A stretch of DNA of 64,000 bases from Patescibacteria group bacterium. Its GTDB lineage: Bacteria > Patescibacteriota > Patescibacteriia > UBA10025 > JAHIVO01. The position numbers were made by a program, and so were the translations under genes. The stretch lies in assembly GCA_028718605.1 (NCBI GenBank), contig JAQULM010000002.1, positions 129,776 through 193,775 on the forward strand, read 5' to 3'. The notes under the pieces were generated by a model, which was not told where the DNA came from, did not search any database, and saw only the letters and a program-made list of their open reading frames with translations. This document shows positions 20,725 through 31,629 of the stretch, piece after piece (the first letter of the stretch is position 1; the number at the start of each line of letters is the position of its first letter).

Positions 20725-23577
20725 CTATTTCAAAACGCTCTTCAGGAACTGGCCGGTATAACTCCGCTTCACCTTTGAAATATCCCGCGGTGTGCCTTGG
20801 GCGACTATTTCGCCGCCTTTGTCGCCGCCCTCGGGCCCGAGGTCAACAATCCAGTCCGCTGACTTGATAACATCCAGATTATGCTCGATAACAAGAACGG
20901 TGTTGCCCTTGTCGACAAGCTGGCTTAGGACGTTGAGCAGGCGTTTTACGTCATCAAAATGCAAACCAGTGGTCGGTTCGTCAAGGATATAGAGCGTCTT
21001 CCCTGTCGCGCGGCGCGATAATTCTGTCGCAAGCTTCACGCGCTGGGCTTCGCCGCCGGAGAGCGTCGTCGCTGACTGGCCGAGATGCACGTACCCAAGG
21101 CCGACCTCATAGAGCGTTTGAAGTTTATTGAAAATCGCTGGTTGATTGCGGAAAAACTCCATCGCCTCCTCAACGGTCATCCCGAGTATATCCGCAATAG
21201 TTTTCCCTTTATAATGTATTTCAAGTGTTTGTTCGTTGTACCGGTGGCCTTTACATTCTTCGCATTCGACATACACGTCCGGCAGAAACTGCATCTCAAT
21301 CTTTACCAAACCGTCACCTTCACACGCTTCACACCGGCCCCCTGACACATTGAAGCTAAACCTGCCTGGCCCGTAGCCGCGTATCTTGGCCTCAGGCACC
21401 TGGGTGAAAAGGTCGCGGATATAAGTAAAAACACCGGTGTAGGTTGCGGGGTTTGACCGCGGTGTGCGGCCGATCGGCGACTGGTCAATATTGATAACCT
21501 TATCGAGGTGCTCCGTACCCTCAATCCGTTTGTACGCACCCGGCTCGTCTTTGGCATTGTAAAATTTCTGCGCGAGAGCTTTCGCGAGGATATCAGTCAT
21601 GAGTGTCGATTTTCCGGAACCGGAGACGCCGGTGATGCACACGAACGTGCCGAGCGGCATGCTGACATCGATGTTTTTCAAATTGAATTCTTTCGCGCCT
21701 CGGATGACCAGGCGTTTGCCGTTGCCCGGACGGTATTTCTTCGGCGTGGGGATCGAGAGGGTGCCTGATAAGTATTTGCCGGTTAATGAATTCTTGTTGC
21801 GCATGATCTCAGCCGGTGTGCCTGCCGCAACTACCTTGCCGCCATGTTCACCCGCTCCCGGCCCGATGTCGATGACGTAGTCAGACGCCTGAATGGTCCC
21901 CTCGTCGTGTTCGACAACGATAACCGTATTGCCCAATGATTTGAGCGCCTGGAGTGTTGCGATCAGCTTCGTATTATCCCGCTGGTGCAATCCGATGGAC
22001 GGTTCATCAAGAATATACACGACACCGACGAGCGATGACCCAATTTGGGTCGCCAGGCGGATGCGCTGCGCTTCGCCACCGGCAAGCGTCGCTGCGGCGC
22101 GGTCGAGCGTCAGGTAATCGAGCCCGACATTGTGCAAGAAGAGCAGGCGGGCGACGATCTCTTTCAGTATCTGGCGCGCGACTATCTTCTCTTTTTCAGA
22201 ACGCAAAACCAGCGAGCTGAAAAACTTTCTTGCTTCTTCGACTGTCATTGCGGCGACGTCGGATATCGACTTGTCGGCAACTGTCACCGACAGCGCTTCG
22301 GGCTTCAATCGCTTTCCCTTGCACATCGGGCACAGGAGCACGCGCATGTACTTCTCGATTTCAGAACGGATATAGTCAGACTGCGTTTCCTTGTACCGGC
22401 GCATGAGATTCGGGATAACTCCTTCAAAATTTCTCGTTAATTCGCCTTGGAACCGGTCACTGGCATACTCCATCGTGTACTCTTTGCTGCCGCTGCCATA
22501 GAGAATTAAATTCAGCTGTTCCTTGGTTAAATCTTTTACGGGAACATCAAGCGAAAACTTGTGCGCATCCGCGACCTGCTCCAGGAACCGGATGTACCAC
22601 GCCTGGTTTGCTGATGTCCGCGCCCACGGGCGGATAGCGCCCTCAGCGACGGTCAGCCGCGGGTTCGGGATGATGAGCTGTGGATCAATTTCAAGCCGCG
22701 TACCGAGGCCGGTGCATTCAGGGCAGGCGCCGTGCGGGCTGTTGAATGAAAAATTCCGCGGCTCGATCGGTGGCAGGTTGATGCCACAGTGCGGGCAGGA
22801 AAAATGCTGCGAGAAGAGGAGGTCTTCCTGGGTATCGAGCCGCTCGATGATGACGAGGCCGTCCCCGAGATCAAGGGCGGATTCGAGAGAGCTGATCAGA
22901 CGCGTTCGCTCCAAGGCCGCATCATTCGTCAATCGGTCAACAACAACATCAACAGTATGTTTCTTCTTCTTATCAACGCGCAGGTCCTCCGCCTCCTCGA
23001 CGGAATAGATCGTGCCGTCGAACCGGACGCGGACGTACCCTGCCTTGCGCACTTCTTCGACAACCTTCTTGTGCTCGCCCTTCTGGTCCCGGATAACTGG
23101 CGCGAGAACGATAAACTGGGTGCCCGACGGCAATGAGGTAACCCGCTCGGCGATCTGGTCGATTGTTTGCTTTGAAACAACGCGGCCGCACGACGGGCAA
23201 TGCGGAATGCCGACGCGCGCAAATAAAAGCCGGAGGTAGTCATACACTTCGGTAACGGTTCCCACGGTCGACCGAGGATTCCGGGATGTCGATTTCTGGT
23301 CAATGGAAATCGCTGGCGAGAGGCCATCAATCTGGTCAACGTCAGGCTTATCCATTAAACCCAAAAACTGCCGCGCGTACGCTGACAGGGATTCGACGTA
23401 CCGGCGCTGGCCTTCGGCGTAGATCGTATCGAATGCAAGGGAAGACTTGCCTGAACCTGAAATGCCGGTGATCACCACGAGTTTGTCCCGCGGGATGTCC
23501 ACGTCAATATTCTTCAGGTTGTGGACCCGCGCTCCGCGTATCGTTATCATCTTTGGTTCATGAGTTCGCACTGGCAT
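20725..23577 (-). CDS. uvrA: Excinuclease ABC subunit A
   Basis: [30 protein letters not shown], two ABC domains with zinc fingers. Confidence 0.98.
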   Translation of the reverse strand: MPVRTHEPKMITIRGARVHNLKNIDVDIPRDKLVVITGISGSGKSSLAFDTIYAEGQRRYVESLSAYARQFLGLMDKPDVDQIDGLSPAISIDQKSTSRNPRSTVGTVTEVYDYLRLLFARVGIPHCPSCGRVVSKQTIDQIAERVTSLPSGTQFIVLAPVIRDQKGEHKKVVEEVRKAGYVRVRFDGTIYSVEEAEDLRVDKKKKHTVDVVVDRLTNDAALERTRLISSLESALDLGDGLVIIERLDTQEDLLFSQHFSCPHCGINLPPIEPRNFSFNSPHGACPECTGLGTRLEIDPQLIIPNPRLTVAEGAIRPWARTSANQAWYIRFLEQVADAHKFSLDVPVKDLTKEQLNLILYGSGSKEYTMEYASDRFQGELTRNFEGVIPNLMRRYKETQSDYIRSEIEKYMRVLLCPMCKGKRLKPEALSVTVADKSISDVAAMTVEEARKFFSSLVLRSEKEKIVARQILKEIVARLLFLHNVGLDYLTLDRAAATLAGGEAQRIRLATQIGSSLVGVVYILDEPSIGLHQRDNTKLIATLQALKSLGNTVIVVEHDEGTIQASDYVIDIGPGAGEHGGKVVAAGTPAEIMRNKNSLTGKYLSGTLSIPTPKKYRPGNGKRLVIRGAKEFNLKNIDVSMPLGTFVCITGVSGSGKSTLMTDILAKALAQKFYNAKDEPGAYKRIEGTEHLDKVINIDQSPIGRTPRSNPATYTGVFTYIRDLFTQVPEAKIRGYGPGRFSFNVSGGRCEACEGDGLVKIEMQFLPDVYVECEECKGHRYNEQTLEIHYKGKTIADILGMTVEEAMEFFRNQPAIFNKLQTLYEVGLGYVHLGQSATTLSGGEAQRVKLATELSRRATGKTLYILDEPTTGLHFDDVKRLLNVLSQLVDKGNTVLVIEHNLDVIKSADWIVDLGPEGGDKGGEIVAQGTPRDISKVKRSYTGQFLKSVLK

Positions 23578-23802
23578 GAGGATTGCAAAAAAAGTGGGTA
23601 TGAATTCGGGTCTCAGTATACACCCCCTGTCAAGAGCAGTCAAGGGCTATTACGGCAATCTCCAATTCTTCCAAAGACCCTTGACAGGAAGACTCCAAGG
23701 TGCTATTCTTTCCCATTCACCAAACAGATAATATAGTTAGTAGTCAGAGGAAATGGTATGGTGATTACCATTCCACATCGCACCCTTAACTCGAGGTGTT
23801 TA

Positions 23803-24012
23803 ATGCCCAAGAGAAGCGGAAGAACCAAAACCGGTCATGGTAAATCGAGAGTCAAGATCGCCGGCAAGAAAGGGCTCAGGGTCGATTTGACCCTCCATGT
23901 ATTTGGCACTGTCGAGCAGACAGGCGAAGGAGGTCTCGATTTCGGATCACTGCTTAGTCTGATGGGGCCGATGCTGGCCAAGGCCGGCCGCCACAACCCG
24001 CACGAAGAATAG
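23803..24012 (+). CDS. Small basic hypothetical protein
   Basis: Promoter TTGACA-17-TATTCT (23681-23709), SD GAGGTG, terminator at about 24051-24097. Confidence 0.55.
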   Translation: MPKRSGRTKTGHGKSRVKIAGKKGLRVDLTLHVFGTVEQTGEGGLDFGSLLSLMGPMLAKAGRHNPHEE

Positions 24013-24130
24013 GACGTCAAACCCCTTTCCAGCGTGAGGGAGCCAACGTCAAACGAGTCCCGTGCACTACGCTCAACGCGCGGGACTCGTTTTTTTGTAC
24101 AATGGCCCGCTGAGGGGATATACTGAACAT

Positions 24131-25930
24131 ATGGACAAGCATAATAAAGCTACCATTAACCTCACGCTCGTCCCCCGAAAGCCCGGGGTGTACATTTTTA
24201 AAAACGAGAAGGGGGAGATTTTATATATCGGCAAGGCAAAACTGCTGAAAAGCCGCGTTTCGTCGTACTTCCACAAATCCGCACAGCTGGCGCCCGGCAA
24301 GCAGTTGATGATTCCAAAAATTGTAAAAATGGAATTCATCATTACGTCCTCAGAGGCTGAAGCGTTGCTTTTGGAATCGACCCTGATCAAAAAACACCAG
24401 CCGCCGTACAATGTCGACCTCAAGGACGATAAAAATTTCCAATACATCAAGATTACGACGGGCGAGGAATTCCCCCGAGTGTTCACGGTCCGGCGTATCG
24501 AGCGGGACAAAGCGAAATATTTCGGCCCGTACGTCTCCGGTTTGTCGGTTCGCCGCACGCTGCGGTTCCTCAGAAAATTATTCCCCCACCGGAGCTTCAC
24601 CCGCGCGCCGCAAAGCCACCAGCTGCGCTACCTCGTCAAACGGTACCAGAAACTGATCGGCCCTGCCGACCCCCGCGAATACCGAAAAACGATCGACCGC
24701 ATTATCAGTTTCTTGAACGGCAATTACCAGGGCATCGTGAACGAGCTTCAACGCGGCATGGAAGAGCGCTCTCGTGAGCAGAAATTCGAACAAGCGGCCG
24801 CGCTCCGTGATAAAATCCAAGCGATCGAACGGATCATGGAACGCCAGAAAGTGGTATCCGCAAAACCGGAGGACCAGGACATCTTGAACATCGCGCGTGA
24901 GGGCAGCCGCGCAGCGGTCAGCGTGTTTACCGTACGCGCAGGCAAGCTTATCGGCCAACAGAATTTTCTGCTTACAAACACCGAGGGACAAGGCGACGCC
25001 GAGCTCATGCAAACATTCATTGAACGGTATTACAGCCAGCATGCAAACGTACCGGATACGCTGATTGTACCGGCGAAACTGCCCAATATGCCGCTCATAC
25101 AAAAAACGTTCGGCCTTACTGTTCTGGTGCCCCAGCGCGGCATTAAAAAACGATACCTCGCTATGGGTTTTGAAAACGCACGCCACTACGTGCTGCTCCA
25201 GAAAGCTTCATGGGAACGGACTGAACATGCGATACAAAACGCACTGAATCAATTTCAAAAGACACTCCGGCTCCCCTCTGCGCCACACCGCATTGAAGCA
25301 TTCGATATCTCAAACATCCAGGGAACAAATCCTGTCGGCTCGATGGTAGTGTTTACAGACGGCAAACCGGACAAGAAATGGTACCGGAAATTTAAAATCA
25401 CGTCAGTGCGCGGTGCCAATGACCCGGCGATGATGGCTGAAGTCATTTCCCGCCGCTTCAAACACATTACCGCGGAGGGCCAAACGCCTCGTGCCAAGAA
25501 AAAACATCCGACAGCAGACTGGCCCAAGCCAGATCTTGTTATCCTGGACGGCGGCATGGGGCAGCTGAACGCCGCCCTTAAAGTACTGCGGTTCGCTCTT
25601 CCCCTCATCGCGCTCGCGAAGCAAGAAGAGAGCATTTACGTGCCCGGGCGGAAGTTGCCCATACGATTTCCGGCACAGTCAGACGCCCTATTCCTTATCC
25701 AGCGGATTCGCGACGAAGCGCACCGGTTCGCTATTACCTTTTACCGGAAAACCCACGGGAGCGGGCTCCAACGCTCCGTGCTCGACGAAATCCCCGGGGT
25801 CGGCCCTGCGACGAGAAAAAAACTCATCCGTACCTTTGGGTCAGTACGGGGCGTGCGAAGTGCCTCACCGGACGAGCTCAAAGCAGCCGTGGGCACCCGA
25901 ATCGCTCAACAATTATCCCGCTCATTATGA
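24131..25930 (+). CDS. uvrC: Excinuclease ABC subunit C
   Basis: GIY-YIG (PGVY..YIGKAK), RIEAFDISN, RDEAHRFA, HhH. Confidence 0.97.
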   Translation: MDKHNKATINLTLVPRKPGVYIFKNEKGEILYIGKAKLLKSRVSSYFHKSAQLAPGKQLMIPKIVKMEFIITSSEAEALLLESTLIKKHQPPYNVDLKDDKNFQYIKITTGEEFPRVFTVRRIERDKAKYFGPYVSGLSVRRTLRFLRKLFPHRSFTRAPQSHQLRYLVKRYQKLIGPADPREYRKTIDRIISFLNGNYQGIVNELQRGMEERSREQKFEQAAALRDKIQAIERIMERQKVVSAKPEDQDILNIAREGSRAAVSVFTVRAGKLIGQQNFLLTNTEGQGDAELMQTFIERYYSQHANVPDTLIVPAKLPNMPLIQKTFGLTVLVPQRGIKKRYLAMGFENARHYVLLQKASWERTEHAIQNALNQFQKTLRLPSAPHRIEAFDISNIQGTNPVGSMVVFTDGKPDKKWYRKFKITSVRGANDPAMMAEVISRRFKHITAEGQTPRAKKKHPTADWPKPDLVILDGGMGQLNAALKVLRFALPLIALAKQEESIYVPGRKLPIRFPAQSDALFLIQRIRDEAHRFAITFYRKTHGSGLQRSVLDEIPGVGPATRKKLIRTFGSVRGVRSASPDELKAAVGTRIAQQLSRSL

Positions 25931-26091
25931 AACACTACCATGTCGATGCCGAAGAGGCGCAGCGTGCGGTTGAAACGGCAGCAGCGCGCCGCGTGCGGAA
26001 GCGGCTGCCCCGCATGAAGCTGTCAGGCGCGCGTGTCAAGGACCTCCAGCGTTTAATTATTGACAAAGGGCGGCGCGCGCACCATGCTTGA
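25927..26091 (+). CDS. Small basic hypothetical protein (54 aa)
   Basis: ATGA overlap with the uvrC stop; MKHYHVDAEEAQRAVETAAARRVRKRLPRMKLSGARVKDLQRLIIDKGRRAHHA; below the ORF-track cutoff. Confidence 0.55.
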   Translation: MKHYHVDAEEAQRAVETAAARRVRKRLPRMKLSGARVKDLQRLIIDKGRRAHHA

Positions 26092-26153
26092 CAAGAGCAC
26101 CGGAGTTTGATACTGTTTATGGTGCTTTGCAAACCTTATTTTTTTATAGCGAT

Positions 26154-26378
26154 ATGCTCGAACTCACCCTCAATATTGTACAAATTGTCCTTGCCGGAAT
26201 TTTAATGGCTGCGGTCCTGTTGCAGAACCGCGGAGCCGGCTTAGGCGGCGTATTCGGCGGAGAGGGAAACGTATATCGTACGAAGCGCGGATTTGATAAA
26301 ATCCTTTTTGTCGTCACCATCATTGTCAGTATTGCCTTTTTCGGTACTGCGATGACGAATATCCTCATCCGCCAGTAG
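26154..26378 (+). CDS. secG: Preprotein translocase subunit SecG
   Basis: VLLQNRGAGLGGVFGG..RTKRG. Confidence 0.92.
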   Translation: MLELTLNIVQIVLAGILMAAVLLQNRGAGLGGVFGGEGNVYRTKRGFDKILFVVTIIVSIAFFGTAMTNILIRQ

Positions 26379-26403
26379 CATTCACTAAGACCGCCACCGC
26401 ATT

Positions 26404-28236
26404 GTGAAACAGTTCGCGTTAAATTTTTTCAAAAGACTCAAAAACGGAAGTACAAAAGGAGCAGACGAAACGAGCCAACCCTTGAAAATCCCGTCTGTCC
26501 TCGAAGACAAGGATGAGCTTGATAAAAAGCTTGTTTTTTCGTTAGCGAAACAACGGTTTCCGACGTGGCAGCAAGTACAGTACCTCTCGCAATACCTTTC
26601 AAAAAAAGAAAAGCTCCTGATCCGCGGGCTTATCGTGATCACGCTGGCCGCCCTCGTCATCCTGGCCATCCGGTTTTATTTCCGGCATGTGGAATATCTT
26701 CCCCAAAACGGCGGTACGTATACCGAAGCGCTCGTTGGCCAGCCACAATACATCAATCCAGTCCTCGCACAGGGAGATATCGACCGAGATATCACCTCGC
26801 TGGTCTACGCCGGCCTGTTCCGGTACGATGCGGGATTGAAGCTTGTCACCGATCTCGCATCATCCTACGAACTGTCGGAAGATAAAAAAACGTATACGAT
26901 ACATTTGCGGGAAAATGTATACTGGCACAATGGCAACGCGATACTGGCTGACGATGTCGTATTTACGTTCGAAACAATCCAGGACCCGGAATACAAGAGT
27001 CCCTACTACCAAAACTTCCAGGGTGTCGCTATCGAGCGGATTGACGACCGTACGGTGACATTCACACTCCCCGAACCATTTGCCCCATTCCTTTCCAACC
27101 TAACCGTCGGGATCATCCCCGGCCATATCTGGGGTGATATCGGACCGAGCAATTTCCATCTCGCGGAATATAACACCAGGCCTGTCGGTTCTGGGCCGCT
27201 GCAGTTCAAGAAACTTACAAAAGACCGCTCGGGGAACATTAAATCATACGAACTTACCCGCTACGGCAGCTACCACGGATCGCGGACGTACATTGACGGC
27301 ATTATATTTAAATTCTACCCGGATTTCGAGTCGGCCATTACTGCGGTAAAAAATAATAATGTTGACGGCATCAGCTACCTGCCCAAGGAATCCCGGAATA
27401 CGCTCAATGGAAAACGCGGGTACCGTACGTATTCATTCCAACTGCCCCAATACACCGCTGTATTCTTTAACCAGAAAAATGAACTTCTGAAAAACAAAGA
27501 GCTCAAACAGGCTCTCGCCTATGCGACCGATAAAAAGCGTATCCTCACCGAAGCGCTGAAGGGGCTTGGCAAAAGCATTAATGGGCCGATCCTTCCAGGA
27601 TTTCTTGGTTACCACCCTGATATAAAAAAATACTCCTTTGATCCGGCAAAAGCAGCCGAATTGCTTGATCAGGCGGGCTGGAAAGTGCCAGAGGGCGGCG
27701 GCCTAAGGGCTAAGAATGGCGCCGAACTTAAATTTTCCCTTACCACTGTGGACCAGACGGAATACCTCAATACCGCCAATATTCTCCGTGAGAATTGGGA
27801 AGCGATAGGCGTCGGCATCGAACTGAAGATCATGAATCCGCTCCGCGTCGACAAGGAAGTGATCAAGCCAAAGGACTACGAGGCTTTCCTCTACGGCGAG
27901 ATACTCGGCTCTGACCCGGACCCATACCCATTCTGGCATTCAAGCCAGAGCACGAATGGCGGCCTCAATCTTTCCAATTATTACAATAAAGAGGTTGACA
28001 AGTTGCTTGAAGAGGGGCGCAAAATCGATGCCACAGACGAGCGTGCACAGAAGTACCGCGACTTCCAGAATATCATCGCCGAGGAAATGCCAGCGCTCTT
28101 TCTCTACTCCCCGTCCTACGACTATTATACTTCGGACACTATTAAAGGCATCACGACAACACGGATTAACATCCCGTCAGATCGCTTCAGTGGCATCTCG
28201 GGCTGGTATATAAAGACACGCCTGGGGTGGCAATAA
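26404..28236 (+). CDS. Membrane-anchored peptide ABC transporter substrate-binding protein (family 5)
   Basis: GGTYTEALVGQPQYINP, DLASSY, ADDVVFTF, PVGSGP. Confidence 0.9.
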   Translation: MKQFALNFFKRLKNGSTKGADETSQPLKIPSVLEDKDELDKKLVFSLAKQRFPTWQQVQYLSQYLSKKEKLLIRGLIVITLAALVILAIRFYFRHVEYLPQNGGTYTEALVGQPQYINPVLAQGDIDRDITSLVYAGLFRYDAGLKLVTDLASSYELSEDKKTYTIHLRENVYWHNGNAILADDVVFTFETIQDPEYKSPYYQNFQGVAIERIDDRTVTFTLPEPFAPFLSNLTVGIIPGHIWGDIGPSNFHLAEYNTRPVGSGPLQFKKLTKDRSGNIKSYELTRYGSYHGSRTYIDGIIFKFYPDFESAITAVKNNNVDGISYLPKESRNTLNGKRGYRTYSFQLPQYTAVFFNQKNELLKNKELKQALAYATDKKRILTEALKGLGKSINGPILPGFLGYHPDIKKYSFDPAKAAELLDQAGWKVPEGGGLRAKNGAELKFSLTTVDQTEYLNTANILRENWEAIGVGIELKIMNPLRVDKEVIKPKDYEAFLYGEILGSDPDPYPFWHSSQSTNGGLNLSNYYNKEVDKLLEEGRKIDATDERAQKYRDFQNIIAEEMPALFLYSPSYDYYTSDTIKGITTTRINIPSDRFSGISGWYIKTRLGWQ

Positions 28237-28342
28237 GCACGTAGGGAAACGCGCCGCGGGGCTGCCCGCAGACGCCGCTCATACTCCATTGCTGGGTAAG
28301 CTGGCAGGGCACCCTCGGACTATTTCACATTCACAACAATCT

Positions 28343-28429
28343 GCCGGAGTGGTGAAATTGGTATACACGCATGGTTCAGAGCCATGTGCCCGCAAGGGCT
28401 TGGAGGTTCAAGTCCTCTCTCCGGCACCA
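28343..28429 (+). tRNA. tRNA-Leu (CAG)
   Basis: GCCGGAG..CATGG-TTCAGAG-CCATG, variable arm, GGTTCAAGTCC, CTCCGGC-ACCA. Confidence 0.95.
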
Positions 28430-28522
28430 GTTACGCACCCCTCACCGAATGAACGAAGGGAATCATCGTGTTGGGTTCTCCGCGGCATTCACTAACGAAA
28501 ACACGCACTGAATACTATTCTC

Positions 28523-30265
28523 ATGAAACAATCATACAACCAATATAAACAAGGCAGCCGCCGCCGGCAGCACAACAAACAGCGGCAGCCGCAGCGATCA
28601 AACGTATCACTCCGCATCATTCCTCTTGGCGGCCAAGAAGAGGTCGGCCGGAATATGACGGTTTTTGAATACGGAAATGACATTATCATCCTCGATATGG
28701 GGCTTCAGTTCCCCGAAGAAGACATGCCGGGCATTGATTACATCATTCCAAACACAACATACCTCAGAGGCAAAGAAAAGCGGATTCGTGCCGTCGTGTT
28801 CAGCCACGGCCACCTCGACCATATCGGCGCGGCCCCAATCCTCCTGCAGCAACTTGGGTACCCATTGGTAATCGGGAGGCCCCTCACCATAGCGCTGATA
28901 AAAAACCGCCTCGAGGATTTTTCCCGCGGCGCAGTAGCCCAACTGAAAAGCCAGCAAATAAAAACGCTCAATAATTCGTTTCGGTTTGGCCCCTTCACGG
29001 TCCGATTCTTCCAGGTTGACCACTCGATCATGGACGCAGTGGGGGTCATCGTGCAAACACCGAGCGGCACCGTCATCCATCCCGGGGACTGGACATACGA
29101 AAAAAATCCGATCGGCAGAAAAGCGATCACGTACCGCCATTTGTCGTCGCTCCCCCGACCGACACTACTTATGCTCGAAAGCCTTGGCGCGATAGCCCCG
29201 CATGCGCGGACGCCAGAGCGTACCATGTACCAAAATCTCGAAAACCTCATCCGCCAAGCGCGCGGCAGAGTTATCATTGGCACATTTTCCTCGCAACTCG
29301 AACGCATCCGCCAGATTATCGAATACGCCCAGCGAATTGATAAAAAAGTTGCGCTCGACGGGTACAGTATGCGCATGAACGTTGAAGTCGCCAAGCAGCT
29401 CGGGTACATCAAGGCGGGTAAAAAAACCTTGATACCGATCAATCAAATCCATAATTTCCCAGACAGGCGCATCGTTGTTTTGTGCACGGGCGCGCAGGGA
29501 GAAGGCAACGCTGTCCTCTCGAGGATTGTCAGTGGCGACCACCGGTTTGTAAAAATAAAGCGTGACGATACGATCGTATTTTCATCCTCCGTGATACCAG
29601 GCAATGAACGCACAGTCCAGCGGTTGAAAGACAATCTCTACCGGCTATGCGACAATGTCATACATACTGATATCATGGAAGTTCACTCGGGCGGGCATAG
29701 CAATGCTGAAGACATCGTCGAGTTGCTTCGGCAAATACAACCCACGTACTTCCTCCCGGTATACGCGAACCACTATATGCTGAAAGAGGCCGGTAAACTT
29801 GCAGTCCGTCATGGATTCAACCAGAAAAACATCGCAATCCTCGACAATGGCTCAGTGCTTGAGCTCCGGAATCGTGAAATGAAAGTGTTGCCAAAGAAGG
29901 TGCCGACCGACCATGTCTTCGTGGATGGGCTCGGCGTTGGTGATGTTTCAAACGTCGTACTCCGTGACCGCCAGTTACTCGCAAAGGACGGCATTTTTAT
30001 CGTGATTGTGACAATCGAAGGGCGGACCGGCCGGCTCGTTGGCGACCCGGACATTACAACCCATGGGTTCATCCAGCCGCGTGAAAACCAAGAGCTTATC
30101 GAAAACGTGCGGCGAAAAGTGAAAAAAATCCTCCGTGATGGCAACCCACGCACAGGAGCGGACGAACCATATATTAAAAATCAGATCAGGGACAAAATCG
30201 GCCAGTATCTCTTCACGAAGACTGAACGCCGGCCGATGGTACTTCCCGTCGTAATAGAAGTATAG
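28523..30265 (+). CDS. rnj: Ribonuclease J
   Basis: PLGGQEEVGRNM, HGHLDHIG, TGAQGE, RRPMVLPVVIEV. Confidence 0.95.
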   Translation: MKQSYNQYKQGSRRRQHNKQRQPQRSNVSLRIIPLGGQEEVGRNMTVFEYGNDIIILDMGLQFPEEDMPGIDYIIPNTTYLRGKEKRIRAVVFSHGHLDHIGAAPILLQQLGYPLVIGRPLTIALIKNRLEDFSRGAVAQLKSQQIKTLNNSFRFGPFTVRFFQVDHSIMDAVGVIVQTPSGTVIHPGDWTYEKNPIGRKAITYRHLSSLPRPTLLMLESLGAIAPHARTPERTMYQNLENLIRQARGRVIIGTFSSQLERIRQIIEYAQRIDKKVALDGYSMRMNVEVAKQLGYIKAGKKTLIPINQIHNFPDRRIVVLCTGAQGEGNAVLSRIVSGDHRFVKIKRDDTIVFSSSVIPGNERTVQRLKDNLYRLCDNVIHTDIMEVHSGGHSNAEDIVELLRQIQPTYFLPVYANHYMLKEAGKLAVRHGFNQKNIAILDNGSVLELRNREMKVLPKKVPTDHVFVDGLGVGDVSNVVLRDRQLLAKDGIFIVIVTIEGRTGRLVGDPDITTHGFIQPRENQELIENVRRKVKKILRDGNPRTGADEPYIKNQIRDKIGQYLFTKTERRPMVLPVVIEV

Positions 30266-30382
30266 GCCGACGTGCCCCGTAAAGTCATACGTAGCGGGGT
30301 GGTACGGCAGGTGGTAATCGAGGCGCAGCAGATATAATAAAATTGGATTGCAAAATCCGTATAAAACGTCTATCATAGAGAC

Positions 30383-31516
30383 ATGAAACATGTCATTTTT
30401 TCAGGCATCCAGCCGTCAGGCCAGCTCCACATCGGCAACTATTTTGGAGCGATTCGGTCGTGGCTTGATCTGCAGAAGCAGCCAGGAACGACATGTATTT
30501 TTGCGATTGTCGACTACCACGCACTGACCGAGGGTCCAGACCCAAAAGAATTGGAACAGCGCATTTTTGATACCACGGTGGACTTCCTGGCGGCTGGCCT
30601 CAACCCGCAGAAAAGCACGATTATGCTGCAGTCGCTCGTCCCGGAACATACCGACCTCGCGTGGATCCTCAACTGCGTAACGCCGATCTCATGGCTCGAA
30701 CGCGTACCCACGTTTAAGGAAAAGGCAGCGCAGTTCAAAAATAACCTCAATATGGGCTTGATGGACTATCCCATCTTGATGGCCGCCGACATCCTGCTGT
30801 ACAACGCCACACTTGTGCCAGTCGGCCTGGACCAACTGCCACACCTAGAACTTGCCCGCGAGATCGCGAGAAGCTTCAACGCGCGGTACGGGAAGACGTT
30901 CGTGGAACCAGCGGATAGAATAACACCGACGCCAAAAATCATGAGCCTTACGGATCCCACTAAAAAAATGTCGAAGAGCCTGGGGATAAAAGCATACATC
31001 GCCCTCTCCGACGAACCAGCAGTTATCGAGAAAAAGATCGCGTCGCTCCCGACCGCGACCGGCAATGAGGCAACCATCATCCAGGAACTTCTCAAGAGTA
31101 CCAAAGAAATCCATGAGGAATTCAAGGACATCACGGCGAGCAAAACGGCAGATCGACAGATCACGACGGAAGCTGACCTGAACGCGCTCCGGAAAAAGCT
31201 CGGTGACGCGAAATACCGGACGTTCATGGCACTCTACAACTTTTACATGCTCCTGTACATCTTCGCATCGGCGCATGACCGGCGCCGCTTCCTGGACGAA
31301 CTCCAAAAAGGGACAGCGCAGTTTTCGGTATACAAGAAATTGCTCTCAAACCGCATTGCAACGTACCCGCCGTTTGTCGCATTCCGCAAGAAACGCGCCG
31401 AGCTTGTCCGCAACCCCAAACAGGTGGAAAAAACGCTCCGCGACGGCAGCGCACGCGCGCGGCGCCATGCAATCCGCAATCTCACCATCATCAAGAAAAA
31501 AATCGGCCTGGCATAA
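30383..31516 (+). CDS. trpS: Tryptophan--tRNA ligase
   Basis: SGIQPSG.LHIGNY, YPILMAADIL, KMSKS. Confidence 0.95.
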   Translation: MKHVIFSGIQPSGQLHIGNYFGAIRSWLDLQKQPGTTCIFAIVDYHALTEGPDPKELEQRIFDTTVDFLAAGLNPQKSTIMLQSLVPEHTDLAWILNCVTPISWLERVPTFKEKAAQFKNNLNMGLMDYPILMAADILLYNATLVPVGLDQLPHLELAREIARSFNARYGKTFVEPADRITPTPKIMSLTDPTKKMSKSLGIKAYIALSDEPAVIEKKIASLPTATGNEATIIQELLKSTKEIHEEFKDITASKTADRQITTEADLNALRKKLGDAKYRTFMALYNFYMLLYIFASAHDRRRFLDELQKGTAQFSVYKKLLSNRIATYPPFVAFRKKRAELVRNPKQVEKTLRDGSARARRHAIRNLTIIKKKIGLA

Positions 31517-31629
31517 ATAGATAACCCGCACCTTCTCTATTACTGACGCCGTCAGTCTCTGAAAATCGGAGGGTGCGATTTTGGAATACTTAGGAAAACA
31601 AAGAAAAAAGGAAATACAAGGAGGTAACA

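Noticed and set aside
23590-24130. LexA/SOS box between uvrA and uvrC
   Set aside because: No recognisable palindrome matching known LexA boxes
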